Shown: in pieces, positions 1-8,916 of the stretch
Numbering within the stretch: the stretch's first letter is position 1
How the letters are laid out: each line of letters starts with the position of its first letter
IMG/VR virus record: IMGVR_UViG_3300028423_000904
Coordinates: 27,540-91,539 of that record
DNA: 64,000 nucleotides
Reading direction: 5' to 3' (one strand)
Source of the DNA: a virus
The notes under the pieces: model-generated
Told to the model about the DNA's origin: nothing
Database searches by the model: none
Seen by the model: only the letters and a program-made list of their open reading frames with translations
Program-made: the position numbers and the translations under genes

Positions 1-5
1 ACACA

Positions 6-2099
6 ATGCCAACTGGTCCAGCAAATGGTAACCAGATTTGGTTGGACACAGATGCTAGTTCATTTGGTCTACACGTTTATGACTCATCGTCAGCAAGCTG
101 GGTCTTGCAAGAAGTCACAGTTGAGGTTTCACTTTCAGCTTCAGCTGGTGAAATTTCAGACCCAAGCAGTTATGCACCAACCGCATCAGCAGGAACCGCA
201 GGAGACTTCCTGGTTGCTGTTCTAAGCGACGGAACCACTGGTTTTGTTCTTGGATATTTTTATGATGATGGTGCTGCATGGCAGCCAGTAGAAGTTGGTG
301 GTGAAGCAGCTCTAGCCGCAACCACTGTTACATATGATGCACATTACAACAGCCCTGCAACACCTGCAGGAGACGACATTTGGGTTAAAACAACTAGCCC
401 AGGTAATGGTTTGAACTTGGTTGTTTACCAGTCAAATTCAAGCGGTGTGTTTGGATTGTTGGAAGTTGAAGGTGTTTCAAATGATGGCGGCACAACATAT
501 GTTGCGCAGGACGGAAGCAGCACAACTGACATCGTCAGCAGCATGGACGATAATAACATTGCTATCAATTTCACAGCAGCAAATGGCGGTGGAGAAATCC
601 TACGCATTGAATCGAGCACTGCAACTTCACTAGATGAGGCAGTGTATGCTCAGGATGATGAACCAACAGGCACAGCAACCGCTGGGACATATTGGTTTGA
701 CGATACAGCTACTGATCTTGATATTCTTATCAATACTGGATCAGACTGGGAACGTATTGATGAAGCAAATATCACATTTTCAACAAGCGAGCCACTAACA
801 CCAAGTGATGATGATATCTGGATTGATACAGGAGCACCTGAATCAGAATATCCAAAACTTTACCGTTATGACAGTGGTGCAAGCGCATGGTTGCTTTATG
901 ACAATACTGACCAGAGTACAGACCGTGGTGTCATCTTTGACGACTTTACTGTTGCAGATCGTAGCTCACTATCAAGTGGTGCAGTTACAGGTGCTAACTT
1001 GTTTGATAGTGCACCAGAAGCAGCACTATATCCAACAAACATGTTGGCAGTGAACATGGCACACTCAAGCAACACCCTGCGTGTATGGACTGAAAGCATT
1101 TCAGTAAACAGTGGTGGCTCAACAGTTGATGGATGGGTTAATGCTGTGGCAAACAATGCAAACGGTAGTGGTGTATTTGGTCGCCCTGCACAGCACAAGT
1201 TGGTTGCAACATCAATGCAGGCGGCGGTTTCAGGAAACGAAGACCTTCGCGATCCAAACCGTAACTTTACCCTGTTGTGTGCACCAAACTTCCCAGAGCT
1301 CACTGATGAGCTTGTAACACTCAACAGTGACCGTGGTGAAACAGCGTTTATCATTATTGATGCACCAATGCGCCTAACACCAACAGAGGCAGTTTCATGG
1401 ATCCAAGGCACTGGTGCAAGTGAAAATGGCGATGAAGGTCTTGTAACCAAGAATACCTACAGTGCTGTTTACTACCCTTCAGGACGTTCAACAACACCAG
1501 CTGGCGACACTGTTACCGTTCCAGCAAGTCATATGGTTCTTTACACATATGCTTATAACGACAACATTAGTTATCCATGGTTTGCACCAGCAGGCCTAAC
1601 ACGTGGCGTTGTTCAAAACGGAAGCGCAGTAGGCTATATCACAACTGAAGAAGAGTTCAAAGCAATCAGCTTGAATCAGGGTCAAAGAGATTCAATGTAT
1701 CTTAACAAACTTAACCCAATCACTCAGTTCCCACTTGAAGGTGTCGTGGTTTACGGTCAGAAGACCCTGCACCCAACATCAAGTGCACTTGACCGAGTAA
1801 ATGTTGCTCGTCTTGTTGCTTACTTGCGTGAACGTTTTGACGAAATTGCTCGTCCGTTGCTTTTTGAACAGAATGACAAACTCACTCGTGATCGTGCAGT
1901 TCAGTTGTTCAATTCATTCCTCGCAGACCTACTTACCAAGCGAGCACTAACAGACTTTGCAGTGGTTTGTGATGAAAGCAACAACACACCAATTCGAATC
2001 GATAGAAATGAACTTTATATTGACGTTGCTATTGCTCCAACAAAAGCAGTTGAGTTCATTTACATTCCGATCCGTATTGTTAACACTGGTGCCCTCTAA
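6..2099 (+). CDS. gp18: Tail sheath protein (5'-partial; gene begins before the window)
   Basis: C-terminus has sheath motifs PWFAPAG..RG, NPITQFP.EG.VVYGQKT, ALDRVNVARL, VVCDESNNTP..ID.NEL..D.AI.PTKAVEFI. Confidence 0.95.
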   Translation: MPTGPANGNQIWLDTDASSFGLHVYDSSSASWVLQEVTVEVSLSASAGEISDPSSYAPTASAGTAGDFLVAVLSDGTTGFVLGYFYDDGAAWQPVEVGGEAALAATTVTYDAHYNSPATPAGDDIWVKTTSPGNGLNLVVYQSNSSGVFGLLEVEGVSNDGGTTYVAQDGSSTTDIVSSMDDNNIAINFTAANGGGEILRIESSTATSLDEAVYAQDDEPTGTATAGTYWFDDTATDLDILINTGSDWERIDEANITFSTSEPLTPSDDDIWIDTGAPESEYPKLYRYDSGASAWLLYDNTDQSTDRGVIFDDFTVADRSSLSSGAVTGANLFDSAPEAALYPTNMLAVNMAHSSNTLRVWTESISVNSGGSTVDGWVNAVANNANGSGVFGRPAQHKLVATSMQAAVSGNEDLRDPNRNFTLLCAPNFPELTDELVTLNSDRGETAFIIIDAPMRLTPTEAVSWIQGTGASENGDEGLVTKNTYSAVYYPSGRSTTPAGDTVTVPASHMVLYTYAYNDNISYPWFAPAGLTRGVVQNGSAVGYITTEEEFKAISLNQGQRDSMYLNKLNPITQFPLEGVVVYGQKTLHPTSSALDRVNVARLVAYLRERFDEIARPLLFEQNDKLTRDRAVQLFNSFLADLLTKRALTDFAVVCDESNNTPIRIDRNELYIDVAIAPTKAVEFIYIPIRIVNTGAL

Positions 2100-2125
2100 G
2101 GCTAGTCAGAAAATTTAACTAAGTA

Positions 2126-2153
2126 AGGGGGCAGGACATAATGTTCTGCCCCT
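2126..2153 (+). terminator. Stem-loop after sheath gene (terminator or processing site)
   Basis: GGGGCAGGAC-ATAAT-GTTCTGCCCC hairpin; weak U tract. Confidence 0.5.
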
Positions 2154-2172
2154 CTCACTCAAAGGATAAAAA

Positions 2173-2625
2173 ATGAACATGAGATTCTGGAAGTTCTGGA
2201 CTGTTTTCGTTCTGGTGATTTTTTCACTAGTTACAGGACAGATTTATTTTGGTTTGTTTGACCATATACTCGCGTATGACCAAACATATATTACATTCGT
2301 TAATATCGGTATATTGATACTTGCTCATTTAATGATGTTACGATTGCATTGGAAGAAAAAATACGCAGAACAACATCATAGAATGTTGCATTACCTAGCA
2401 GACACTGTGATTGTTTTGGGTCTTATCGGAACCCTGATTGGATTTATTATCATTCTTTGGTCTGTATTTGGACCAGGTGTTGTAATTGATCCGACAAATG
2501 TATCGTTAATGACAGACATGATTTCTCAAGTTGCACAGGGTATGGGTGCAGCATTGATTACGTCGCTTTCAGGTCTTATTAGTTCAGCTATTATTAGCCT
2601 TCAATTGGTATTTTTAGAAGAATGA
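2173..2625 (+). CDS. MotA/TolQ/ExbB proton-channel family membrane protein
   Basis: Several TM helices; LGLIGTLIGF and GMGAALITSLSGL match the TM signatures of the family. Confidence 0.8.
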   Translation: MNMRFWKFWTVFVLVIFSLVTGQIYFGLFDHILAYDQTYITFVNIGILILAHLMMLRLHWKKKYAEQHHRMLHYLADTVIVLGLIGTLIGFIIILWSVFGPGVVIDPTNVSLMTDMISQVAQGMGAALITSLSGLISSAIISLQLVFLEE

Positions 2626-3218
2626 GAAATGTAGCATCACTATTTGCGTTCATTGATATGCTCTTTAATTTCTTATTGGGGTTCACCTCATTGTTGATTC
2701 TCTCTTTTTTGATAATCAACCCGCCTGGCGACGTAGGAAAGATTGATCCCCCAGTAAAATTAATGGCCACAATTGAATGGGACGATGAAAGTTTGGCTGA
2801 TATAGATATATGGGTCAGAGGTTATGATGAAGAATGGGTTGGCTTTACAAATAAGGACGGTTCTTATGTTTCACTTGAACGTGATGACCGTGGACAACGC
2901 ACTGACATTATAACTGTCAATGGTGAAGACCAAATAATCATGCGAAATTTTGAAATTATGAATTTTACTGAATTACCAGCAGGAGAGTATTTTTTCAATA
3001 TACATCACTACAGTAATGGTGGTGATCTAGAGAGCCCAGATGTTGAAGTGAAAGTAACAGTTACCAATATGGATCCACACGAGCTTATATTCCAAGACAC
3101 AACGGTGTTGTCATTAAAAGAAGAAAAAACAGTTCTCTCATTTGTTGTTGATCATGAAGGTAAAATATCCGATATCCGGACCGATGTTAGACTGCCACAT
3201 AAAGAAATTGGAAATTAA
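2622..3218 (+). CDS. ExbD/TolR/MotB-like single-pass protein with YfaP-like periplasmic domain
   Basis: N-terminal FIDMLFNFLLGF (Asp in TM helix); W..ES.ADIDIWV, LERDDRG and PAGEY..NIHHY motifs; ATGA-coupled to upstream gene. Confidence 0.65.
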   Translation: MRNVASLFAFIDMLFNFLLGFTSLLILSFLIINPPGDVGKIDPPVKLMATIEWDDESLADIDIWVRGYDEEWVGFTNKDGSYVSLERDDRGQRTDIITVNGEDQIIMRNFEIMNFTELPAGEYFFNIHHYSNGGDLESPDVEVKVTVTNMDPHELIFQDTTVLSLKEEKTVLSFVVDHEGKISDIRTDVRLPHKEIGN

Positions 3219-3220
3219 TT

Positions 3221-3664
3221 ATGAATTTAATACTTTCTCTGGTCGTTTTATTTGCAATTACGATAGCATTTTTGACATACCGTTCAGATTCTCATTGGTC
3301 ATTGAAATCTGTTGTCCTTCCAATTTTTTTGATTATAGCGTTATTAGGATATGAACATTATGTAGATCATTTAGGAAAGCCACTCCTTGAAAAGCCAAAG
3401 GGAGATTATGAATATCATCACCATGTTGTAACATCTGAGTCAAATATTATTGCTTGGGTAAGAAATCGCGACGGTGAGCATCGTTTATATAAATTTCCTT
3501 ACAATCGAGAAGATGCCAAAAAACTCGAGAAAGCCAAGCAAGAGACAAAACGAACGGGCAAGCCCGTTCGTTTGAAATTCAAAATGGGTGAAATAAGTCG
3601 AGTGAAAGACTCTGAAGAATGGGATATGCTTCCAAACAACCCAGTCAAACAGCCTGAAAATTAA
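3221..3664 (+). CDS. Membrane protein (2 TM), third gene of the ExbBD-like operon
   Basis: Two N-terminal hydrophobic helices; 2 nt from previous stop. Confidence 0.7.
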   Translation: MNLILSLVVLFAITIAFLTYRSDSHWSLKSVVLPIFLIIALLGYEHYVDHLGKPLLEKPKGDYEYHHHVVTSESNIIAWVRNRDGEHRLYKFPYNREDAKKLEKAKQETKRTGKPVRLKFKMGEISRVKDSEEWDMLPNNPVKQPEN

Positions 3665-3852
3665 GCAGCAGAGTTCTGCACATCGGCCATCATAACCGGC
3701 GCCAGCCAGGGCGCAACCGTAATAAGTGCACATACCAGAACAGTGCTAGCCACCATACTGGGAACCAAAAGAGTCTCGCCGTTATTGATAATCATCAAGC
3801 CAGCCGGCGAGATATTGACTTCAGTATCTTTGATCTTCATGTTCATCTCCAT
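3661..3852 (-). CDS. Small hydrophobic hypothetical protein
   Basis: ORF with TM-like segment; late-promoter-like TGTAAATA upstream (3863-3870, - strand). Confidence 0.5.
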   Translation of the reverse strand: MEMNMKIKDTEVNISPAGLMIINNGETLLVPSMVASTVLVCALITVAPWLAPVMMADVQNSAA

Positions 3853-3911
3853 GCTTGTGTTGTATTTACAATATAAGGTAAGCTGTCTTGGTTGTCAAGC
3901 TAAATAATAGC

Positions 3912-4379
3912 ATGAGATGGTATCATTTAAATGAAGAATATGCAATCGATAATGTGGATGGTTGGGGCGCAGTCCCTAATAACCAGGAAGTAGATTATCT
4001 GGGATTGCGTGTTAAGATGACACCGCGAAATTTTATTAAATTGGCTGCACCACTAGGACAAGACCCTAGTGAAGAAATGATATCATACATTAAACAGAAC
4101 AAACCAATTGGCGCTCCGTTTTTAATAGTTTCAATACCAGCCGAATGGGAAGATGGCGACTTTAGCGAGCCTGCTCGTATATTAGGGCATGAGGGACGGA
4201 ATCGAATGACAACAATACAAGCGTTGCATGGTGATCATCCTCTTGAAGTTCATCTTTTCTTTACAGACGGTATGCGAGCACGTCATCTTACACCAGAAAT
4301 GATAGAGAATATGAATTCTGGTATGGTTAAAGAAAAGTCTCGTCGAGTCATACCAGGCCCGCTGTTTAAGGCTGTATAA
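3912..4379 (+). CDS. ParB/Srx-like domain protein, probable virion internal protein
   Basis: P.L......ILGHEGRNR motif; start MRWYHLNEE five nt after late promoter GCTAAATA. Confidence 0.55.
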   Translation: MRWYHLNEEYAIDNVDGWGAVPNNQEVDYLGLRVKMTPRNFIKLAAPLGQDPSEEMISYIKQNKPIGAPFLIVSIPAEWEDGDFSEPARILGHEGRNRMTTIQALHGDHPLEVHLFFTDGMRARHLTPEMIENMNSGMVKEKSRRVIPGPLFKAV

Positions 4380-4396
4380 TTTTTTTTGTCAAGATC

Positions 4397-4404
4397 GATA
4401 AATA
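4397..4404 (+). promoter_or_regulatory. T4-type late promoter (GATAAATA)
   Basis: (N)ATAAATA upstream of tail tube gene; same motif at 5747, 7137, 10908, 15614, 54761, 58293, 61734, 62125, 63932. Confidence 0.75.
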
Positions 4405-4438
4405 CTCATAACAGAGCGCATTATGAGGAGATAGACGA

Positions 4439-5041
4439 ATGGCAGTTCTTGATAAACTAAGTGTTCCAGTAAATGGAGAAACACAGGGCACACTGATGCC
4501 AAAGCTTCAGTATCGCTTCCGCGTCAACTTCATTAACATGGGACAAGGCGACACAAAAGTTGCAACCAATAACGTTGTCAGCGTCACACGTCCAAACGTT
4601 ACACACGATGAAGTCCTAGTGGATACATACAATTCACGTATCTATCTAGCTGGTAAACATGCATGGGAGCCAGTTACTATTGAACTACGTGACGATATTA
4701 CATCAGCAACCAGTGCATTGCTAGACCAGCAAGTTGCACGTCAAATCGACATGGCAAACCAGAGTTCACCACAAGCTGGTGTAAGCTATAAATTCCAGGT
4801 AGACATTGAAAACTTGAATGGTGCTAACCCAGATCCAGTCGTTCTTGATACTTGGAGACTGTATGGTTGCTATGTATCAAACCTAACATATAACGAGACA
4901 AACTACGGTTCAGGTGGTGAATACCAGACCATCTCAGTCCAACTTCGTTACGACAATGCTGCTCACGTTGTCGGTAGTGTTGATAACCTCAGCAACCCAA
5001 CATTCTCAGCAAATCCAAACGAACAAGACGCAGCTAACTAA
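4439..5041 (+). CDS. gp19: Tail tube protein
   Basis: YRFRV.F, V.RP, YLAGK..WEP.TI.LRDD, W.LYGC, L.YD pattern; follows sheath. Confidence 0.85.
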   Translation: MAVLDKLSVPVNGETQGTLMPKLQYRFRVNFINMGQGDTKVATNNVVSVTRPNVTHDEVLVDTYNSRIYLAGKHAWEPVTIELRDDITSATSALLDQQVARQIDMANQSSPQAGVSYKFQVDIENLNGANPDPVVLDTWRLYGCYVSNLTYNETNYGSGGEYQTISVQLRYDNAAHVVGSVDNLSNPTFSANPNEQDAAN

Positions 5042-5052
5042 TAGCACAAATT

Positions 5053-5100
5053 AACCGGCTAGGATGATCTCAGATGAGCTGCCAATCCTAGCCGGTTTTT
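5053..5100 (+). terminator. Rho-independent terminator
   Basis: AACCGGCTAGGAT...ATCCTAGCCGGTT stem followed by T run. Confidence 0.75.
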
Positions 5101-5113
5101 CTAAGAGGTAAAA

Positions 5114-5743
5114 ATGGGTATTGTAAACTTTGCACAAAATACATTTAGAAGTGATAGTGACCAAATTCTTGTACCAAGACAGAGGTTCAATTTCACGTTG
5201 GTTTTGGATATATTTGATCGCAACCCCGAAGTTTTTACCCGCGTTTCAAACGTAAGTGCAGCATCATATAATATCGATTCACAGTTAATGAATCAATACA
5301 ACAAAAAACGAGTAGTACAAACTCGTCTGAATTATGAACCAATTCAGGTAGCATTTTACGATACATTTGATAGCCAGTGGCATACAATCATGACTGAATA
5401 TATGTCACATTACTACAATAACGGGGCTGGCGTCAACGTCAGAGAAAATCTTGAAGGATCCTCCACTGTTGATCCAAATTTTGAAACTGATCACGGATTC
5501 ACCCCAAATGCCGATCGTTATTTCTTTCCTCAGATTCGTATTATCCAGAATGGACATCGCAATAGCTATCGTGAAACTATATTAAAAAATCCACACATTA
5601 CAAACATGCAAGGCGATACATTAGATTATTCAGACAGCCAGCCTGTAATGTATACAGTTTCATTTCAACCAGAAAGTATTCAGACAAAAGAACATGCAGG
5701 GCAATTTGACTTACCATCATACCTTACAAGATCTGATTTCTGA
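5114..5743 (+). CDS. Tail-tube-like / tube initiator (gp19/gp48/gp54-like) protein
   Basis: PRQRFNF, NQYNKKRVVQTRLNYEPI...FYD, LDYSDS.P..YTV.FQPE; tube-fold paralogue. Confidence 0.65.
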   Translation: MGIVNFAQNTFRSDSDQILVPRQRFNFTLVLDIFDRNPEVFTRVSNVSAASYNIDSQLMNQYNKKRVVQTRLNYEPIQVAFYDTFDSQWHTIMTEYMSHYYNNGAGVNVRENLEGSSTVDPNFETDHGFTPNADRYFFPQIRIIQNGHRNSYRETILKNPHITNMQGDTLDYSDSQPVMYTVSFQPESIQTKEHAGQFDLPSYLTRSDF

Positions 5744-5759
5744 CTGAATAAATAAAATT

Positions 5760-6236
5760 ATGTCGAGTTATCAGCAAGGAAATTATCAACCCAAGAATAC
5801 TGAAAAATATCTTGGGAAGCATGTGCCCAAATATCGTTCAGGTTGGGAATTGCAATTTATGCGTATGTGCGACAATCATCCAAATGTTTTGGGATGGGCT
5901 AGCGAAAGCCATCGAATTCCATATATCAATCCTGTTACAGGAAAGCGCTCAACATATGTTCCGGATTTTTTTGTGATTTACGTTGATAAAGAAGGCAAGC
6001 GACATGCAGAAATGGTAGAAGTCAAACCCAGTAGTCATGTGGTTGGAAATGCAAAAGGTCAATATGACAAGGCTATGGCAGTTGTTAATGAAGCAAAATG
6101 GAAATATGCGAGACAGTGGTGCCAGCAGCAGGGAATTGGATTTCGTATTATAACTGAAAACGAAATATTTAACAAGCCACAAAAACCAAAAGCACGCCGT
6201 GGCCCAAGAAAAGTGGCTAAGAGGAAAAAAAGATGA
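5760..6236 (+). CDS. gp4: Head completion nuclease (T4 gp4 / TnsA-like)
   Basis: YRSGWE..FM..CD..P.V..W.SE, Y.PDF, EVKP, N.AKW..A..WC...G..F..ITE. Confidence 0.9.
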   Translation: MSSYQQGNYQPKNTEKYLGKHVPKYRSGWELQFMRMCDNHPNVLGWASESHRIPYINPVTGKRSTYVPDFFVIYVDKEGKRHAEMVEVKPSSHVVGNAKGQYDKAMAVVNEAKWKYARQWCQQQGIGFRIITENEIFNKPQKPKARRGPRKVAKRKKR

Positions 6237-6610
6237 AAATACTAACATTTCTCTCGATGATAACATTAGCAATGTTAGCAAGTAAACCAATCTTAGGGGC
6301 TGAGCGTGAAAGCTACTATTCAGGTTTGATTTGCGAACAAGAATATAATGGTTACGAACAATCATTGCCTAGCGGCCTTCGCCCAGACTGTCAGACTCCA
6401 TTCGTAATCATGGAATTTGATTGGGCTACACGATCAAAATCTTATCAGTGTATTGGGCAGTCATTAATTTATGCACAAGAATCCGGTCTGATTCCTGTTT
6501 GTATTTTACTCGCTAGAGATGATCAAGAACTTGAATTTGGTAACAGTTTGGATTTTTCAGAGTTTGGTATCATATTACACGTGATAGATACCAGACCATA
6601 TGACCCATAA
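6233..6610 (+). CDS. Exported protein with degenerate PD-(D/E)xK-like fold
   Basis: Signal-peptide-like N-terminus; LPSG.RPDC....MEFDW...IGQSL.YA. Confidence 0.45.
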   Translation: MKILTFLSMITLAMLASKPILGAERESYYSGLICEQEYNGYEQSLPSGLRPDCQTPFVIMEFDWATRSKSYQCIGQSLIYAQESGLIPVCILLARDDQELEFGNSLDFSEFGIILHVIDTRPYDP

Positions 6611-6619
6611 GGAAATATC

Positions 6620-7141
6620 ATGACCAAGAAATTGGAAGAAGTTTTTAATTTACCCCCTATGGATCTTCCTAAAGATAAGGATGATACATCTGAATATTCT
6701 GAAGAAGAAATCCATGAAATCATGGAACGTGCAGATAAAATCGACGCTGCACTTCCACAAGTATCTGGTTTGGATAACATGGATGCAGATTATGATACAT
6801 ATGCAGATAAGGCCATATCAGCGTTTGATGATCTTGTAGATTTAAGTAAAAATGTTGAAGATCGTCATGCTGCTGATATTGCCCAAGCAGCGAGTAGCAT
6901 GTTAGGAAACGCTCTTACAGCAAAAACCAATAAAGCACAGAAGAAATTGGATATGGTAAAGCTTCAATTGCAAAAAGAAAAAATAGACCATGAAAAAGAA
7001 AAGCTTGCTTTCCAGAAAGAGCGTTATCTTAAAGATTATACCAGCGAAGATACTACTGAGACAGAAGGAAGAGTAATTGCAACACGCAATGACATGCTAA
7101 ATGAAATTCTCGAAGGTATGAAAAAAGACAATGACTCATAA
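6620..7141 (+). CDS. Putative terminase small subunit
   Basis: Helical/coiled-coil protein upstream of large terminase with T4 gp16-like organisation. Confidence 0.5.
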   Translation: MTKKLEEVFNLPPMDLPKDKDDTSEYSEEEIHEIMERADKIDAALPQVSGLDNMDADYDTYADKAISAFDDLVDLSKNVEDRHAADIAQAASSMLGNALTAKTNKAQKKLDMVKLQLQKEKIDHEKEKLAFQKERYLKDYTSEDTTETEGRVIATRNDMLNEILEGMKKDNDS

Positions 7142-7164
7142 ATACAGTATAATGGGAGACTCCT

Positions 7165-7674
7165 ATGGTTAAAGATTTAGGGCAATATTTGGCAGAAAAC
7201 GAAGCGATTCACGAGTTTCGTGTAAAGGTCGCTACTGAACCAACTGATGAGCAGCTCGACGCGATGGAGTTGCACCTGAGAAAATATGACGGGTTTGATA
7301 TTACCACACCCAAAAAAACAATTATTCAACGTAATCCACGAGATTTCCGTAGCATTGACGCCGCAGAAGTCTATATGATAGATTTCAAAACACGTCAACC
7401 AGCAAGTCCACATCTTCTACTTGCTGAACTATCGCAAAAAATGGGCATACATGAACGTTTTCTAATCGTTCGTAACAAATTAGAGCCTCTGCATGTTGAA
7501 GACGAATCAGAGGAAATGCCCGAAGAAGATTACCAGACACGCCTTACAGATGAAGATTATAGCGAAGTTGAAAATACGAAAGCTGAAGACTTTTATGGTG
7601 AAGACTTTAAAGAATCATTTCTTAAATCAATTGCAAAAGAGCGTGCAGATCATCTAAAAAAGGTAGAGGACTAA
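7165..7674 (+). CDS. Hypothetical late (virion) protein
   Basis: ORF after late promoter CATAAATA 7137-7144; GGAG RBS. Confidence 0.75.
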   Translation: MVKDLGQYLAENEAIHEFRVKVATEPTDEQLDAMELHLRKYDGFDITTPKKTIIQRNPRDFRSIDAAEVYMIDFKTRQPASPHLLLAELSQKMGIHERFLIVRNKLEPLHVEDESEEMPEEDYQTRLTDEDYSEVENTKAEDFYGEDFKESFLKSIAKERADHLKKVED

Positions 7675-8393
7675 TGGATCAGAAAGAAATTGAAAGACTA
7701 CGACGTCTTGCAGGGAACGAAATTGCTCCGGAGCAACCAGAAGATCGTTCACGCAAGAACATGTATGAAATTCGTCAGACTCTTAACGAAGCTGCAAAGC
7801 CAGACTATGCTGACATTGATGGCGATGGCGACAAAAAAGAAACAATGAAGAAAGCTGCCAAGGACAAAGAAGAAGCTAAAGAATCAGTTGAGGAAGAGCT
7901 CGAAGAAGAAGTGGACGAGCTAGAAGAACTTCGTCAGCTTTCCGGTTTTCCAGTAAATGAAAAATCCGAGTCAAAATCACAGCAAAGAGCAGCAGGCATG
8001 GCACTATCCGCAAAACGTGGAGAAATGAAAGTATCAGAATTAAAAGGTGCTGCAAAAGAAATGTATGATGGTATGAGTGAAAAAGAACTGGAAGATTTTG
8101 CAGAAACCAAGCATAAAGGACTTCCTGACAAAGTTGAAGAAACAGCCGACCCATACCAAAACACAGGACATATCAAAGACGACGCAGAAATGATGCGCGA
8201 ATGGTCTAATTCAGTTTACAAGCAATATGATGACCGTGGGCATTATCAGGAACAGCCAGAAGGCGAAATAGTTGATCTCAGTCTACGTCGTTATTTGAAT
8301 GCTGAACCACAAAAGGTTCAACTTGAAGAAGATATTGAAGAAGATGATATGCTTCGTGAATATAAAGAATTTAAAGGAAAGAAAAATGACTGA
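7674..8393 (+). CDS. Acidic head-internal/scaffold-like protein with DUF3008-like segment
   Basis: SKSQQRAAGMALSAKRGE..VSELKGAAKEMY..MSEKELEDFA.TK.KGLP; DIDGDGD; RLRRLAG. Confidence 0.65.
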   Translation: MDQKEIERLRRLAGNEIAPEQPEDRSRKNMYEIRQTLNEAAKPDYADIDGDGDKKETMKKAAKDKEEAKESVEEELEEEVDELEELRQLSGFPVNEKSESKSQQRAAGMALSAKRGEMKVSELKGAAKEMYDGMSEKELEDFAETKHKGLPDKVEETADPYQNTGHIKDDAEMMREWSNSVYKQYDDRGHYQEQPEGEIVDLSLRRYLNAEPQKVQLEEDIEEDDMLREYKEFKGKKND

Positions 8394-8907
8394 TCTAAAC
8401 CGTCTTCGTCATCTTGCAGGAATTTTGAATGAGAGCATAAATCCCGTACAAAAAGTTGACGGAAACTGGACTGATGGGACATACACGCATGGTGATCCGG
8501 TAGTTATTAATGGTCAGGGAATGAACCTTGAATGGGATCCTGAATCAGAATCATGGTGGGCAATCGGTGATGACGGTGACGAGATTGAATTTGATCCGGG
8601 TATGGAAGATCGTCATGATCCTCAATATAACCCATACGTGAAAAAAGAAGGTCTTGAAGAAGAATCCATAGAAGAAGATATGGAGCTCGAAGAAGAGACT
8701 GTTCGTAATCTAATGGCAAACGTTCAAGATATGGCCGAGCGTATTGAAAGCATTGCCAAAAAGAATGGTCGACTACATCAAGCTATAATAGATCTTGGCG
8801 GCGACGCAACACCACTTAAAGACCTAATACAAGCTGCTGATGATCTTTATCGTGCTAGTGAAGAAGTTGAATATAATGCTCTAGCTCATCGCACACCGCG
8901 TGAATAG
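8386..8907 (+). CDS. Hypothetical head-internal protein
   Basis: Start MTDLNRLRHLAGILNES with AAGGA RBS; upstream extension in track overlaps prior gene. Confidence 0.7.
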   Translation: MTDLNRLRHLAGILNESINPVQKVDGNWTDGTYTHGDPVVINGQGMNLEWDPESESWWAIGDDGDEIEFDPGMEDRHDPQYNPYVKKEGLEEESIEEDMELEEETVRNLMANVQDMAERIESIAKKNGRLHQAIIDLGGDATPLKDLIQAADDLYRASEEVEYNALAHRTPRE

Positions 8908-8916
8908 GAGTAATCA

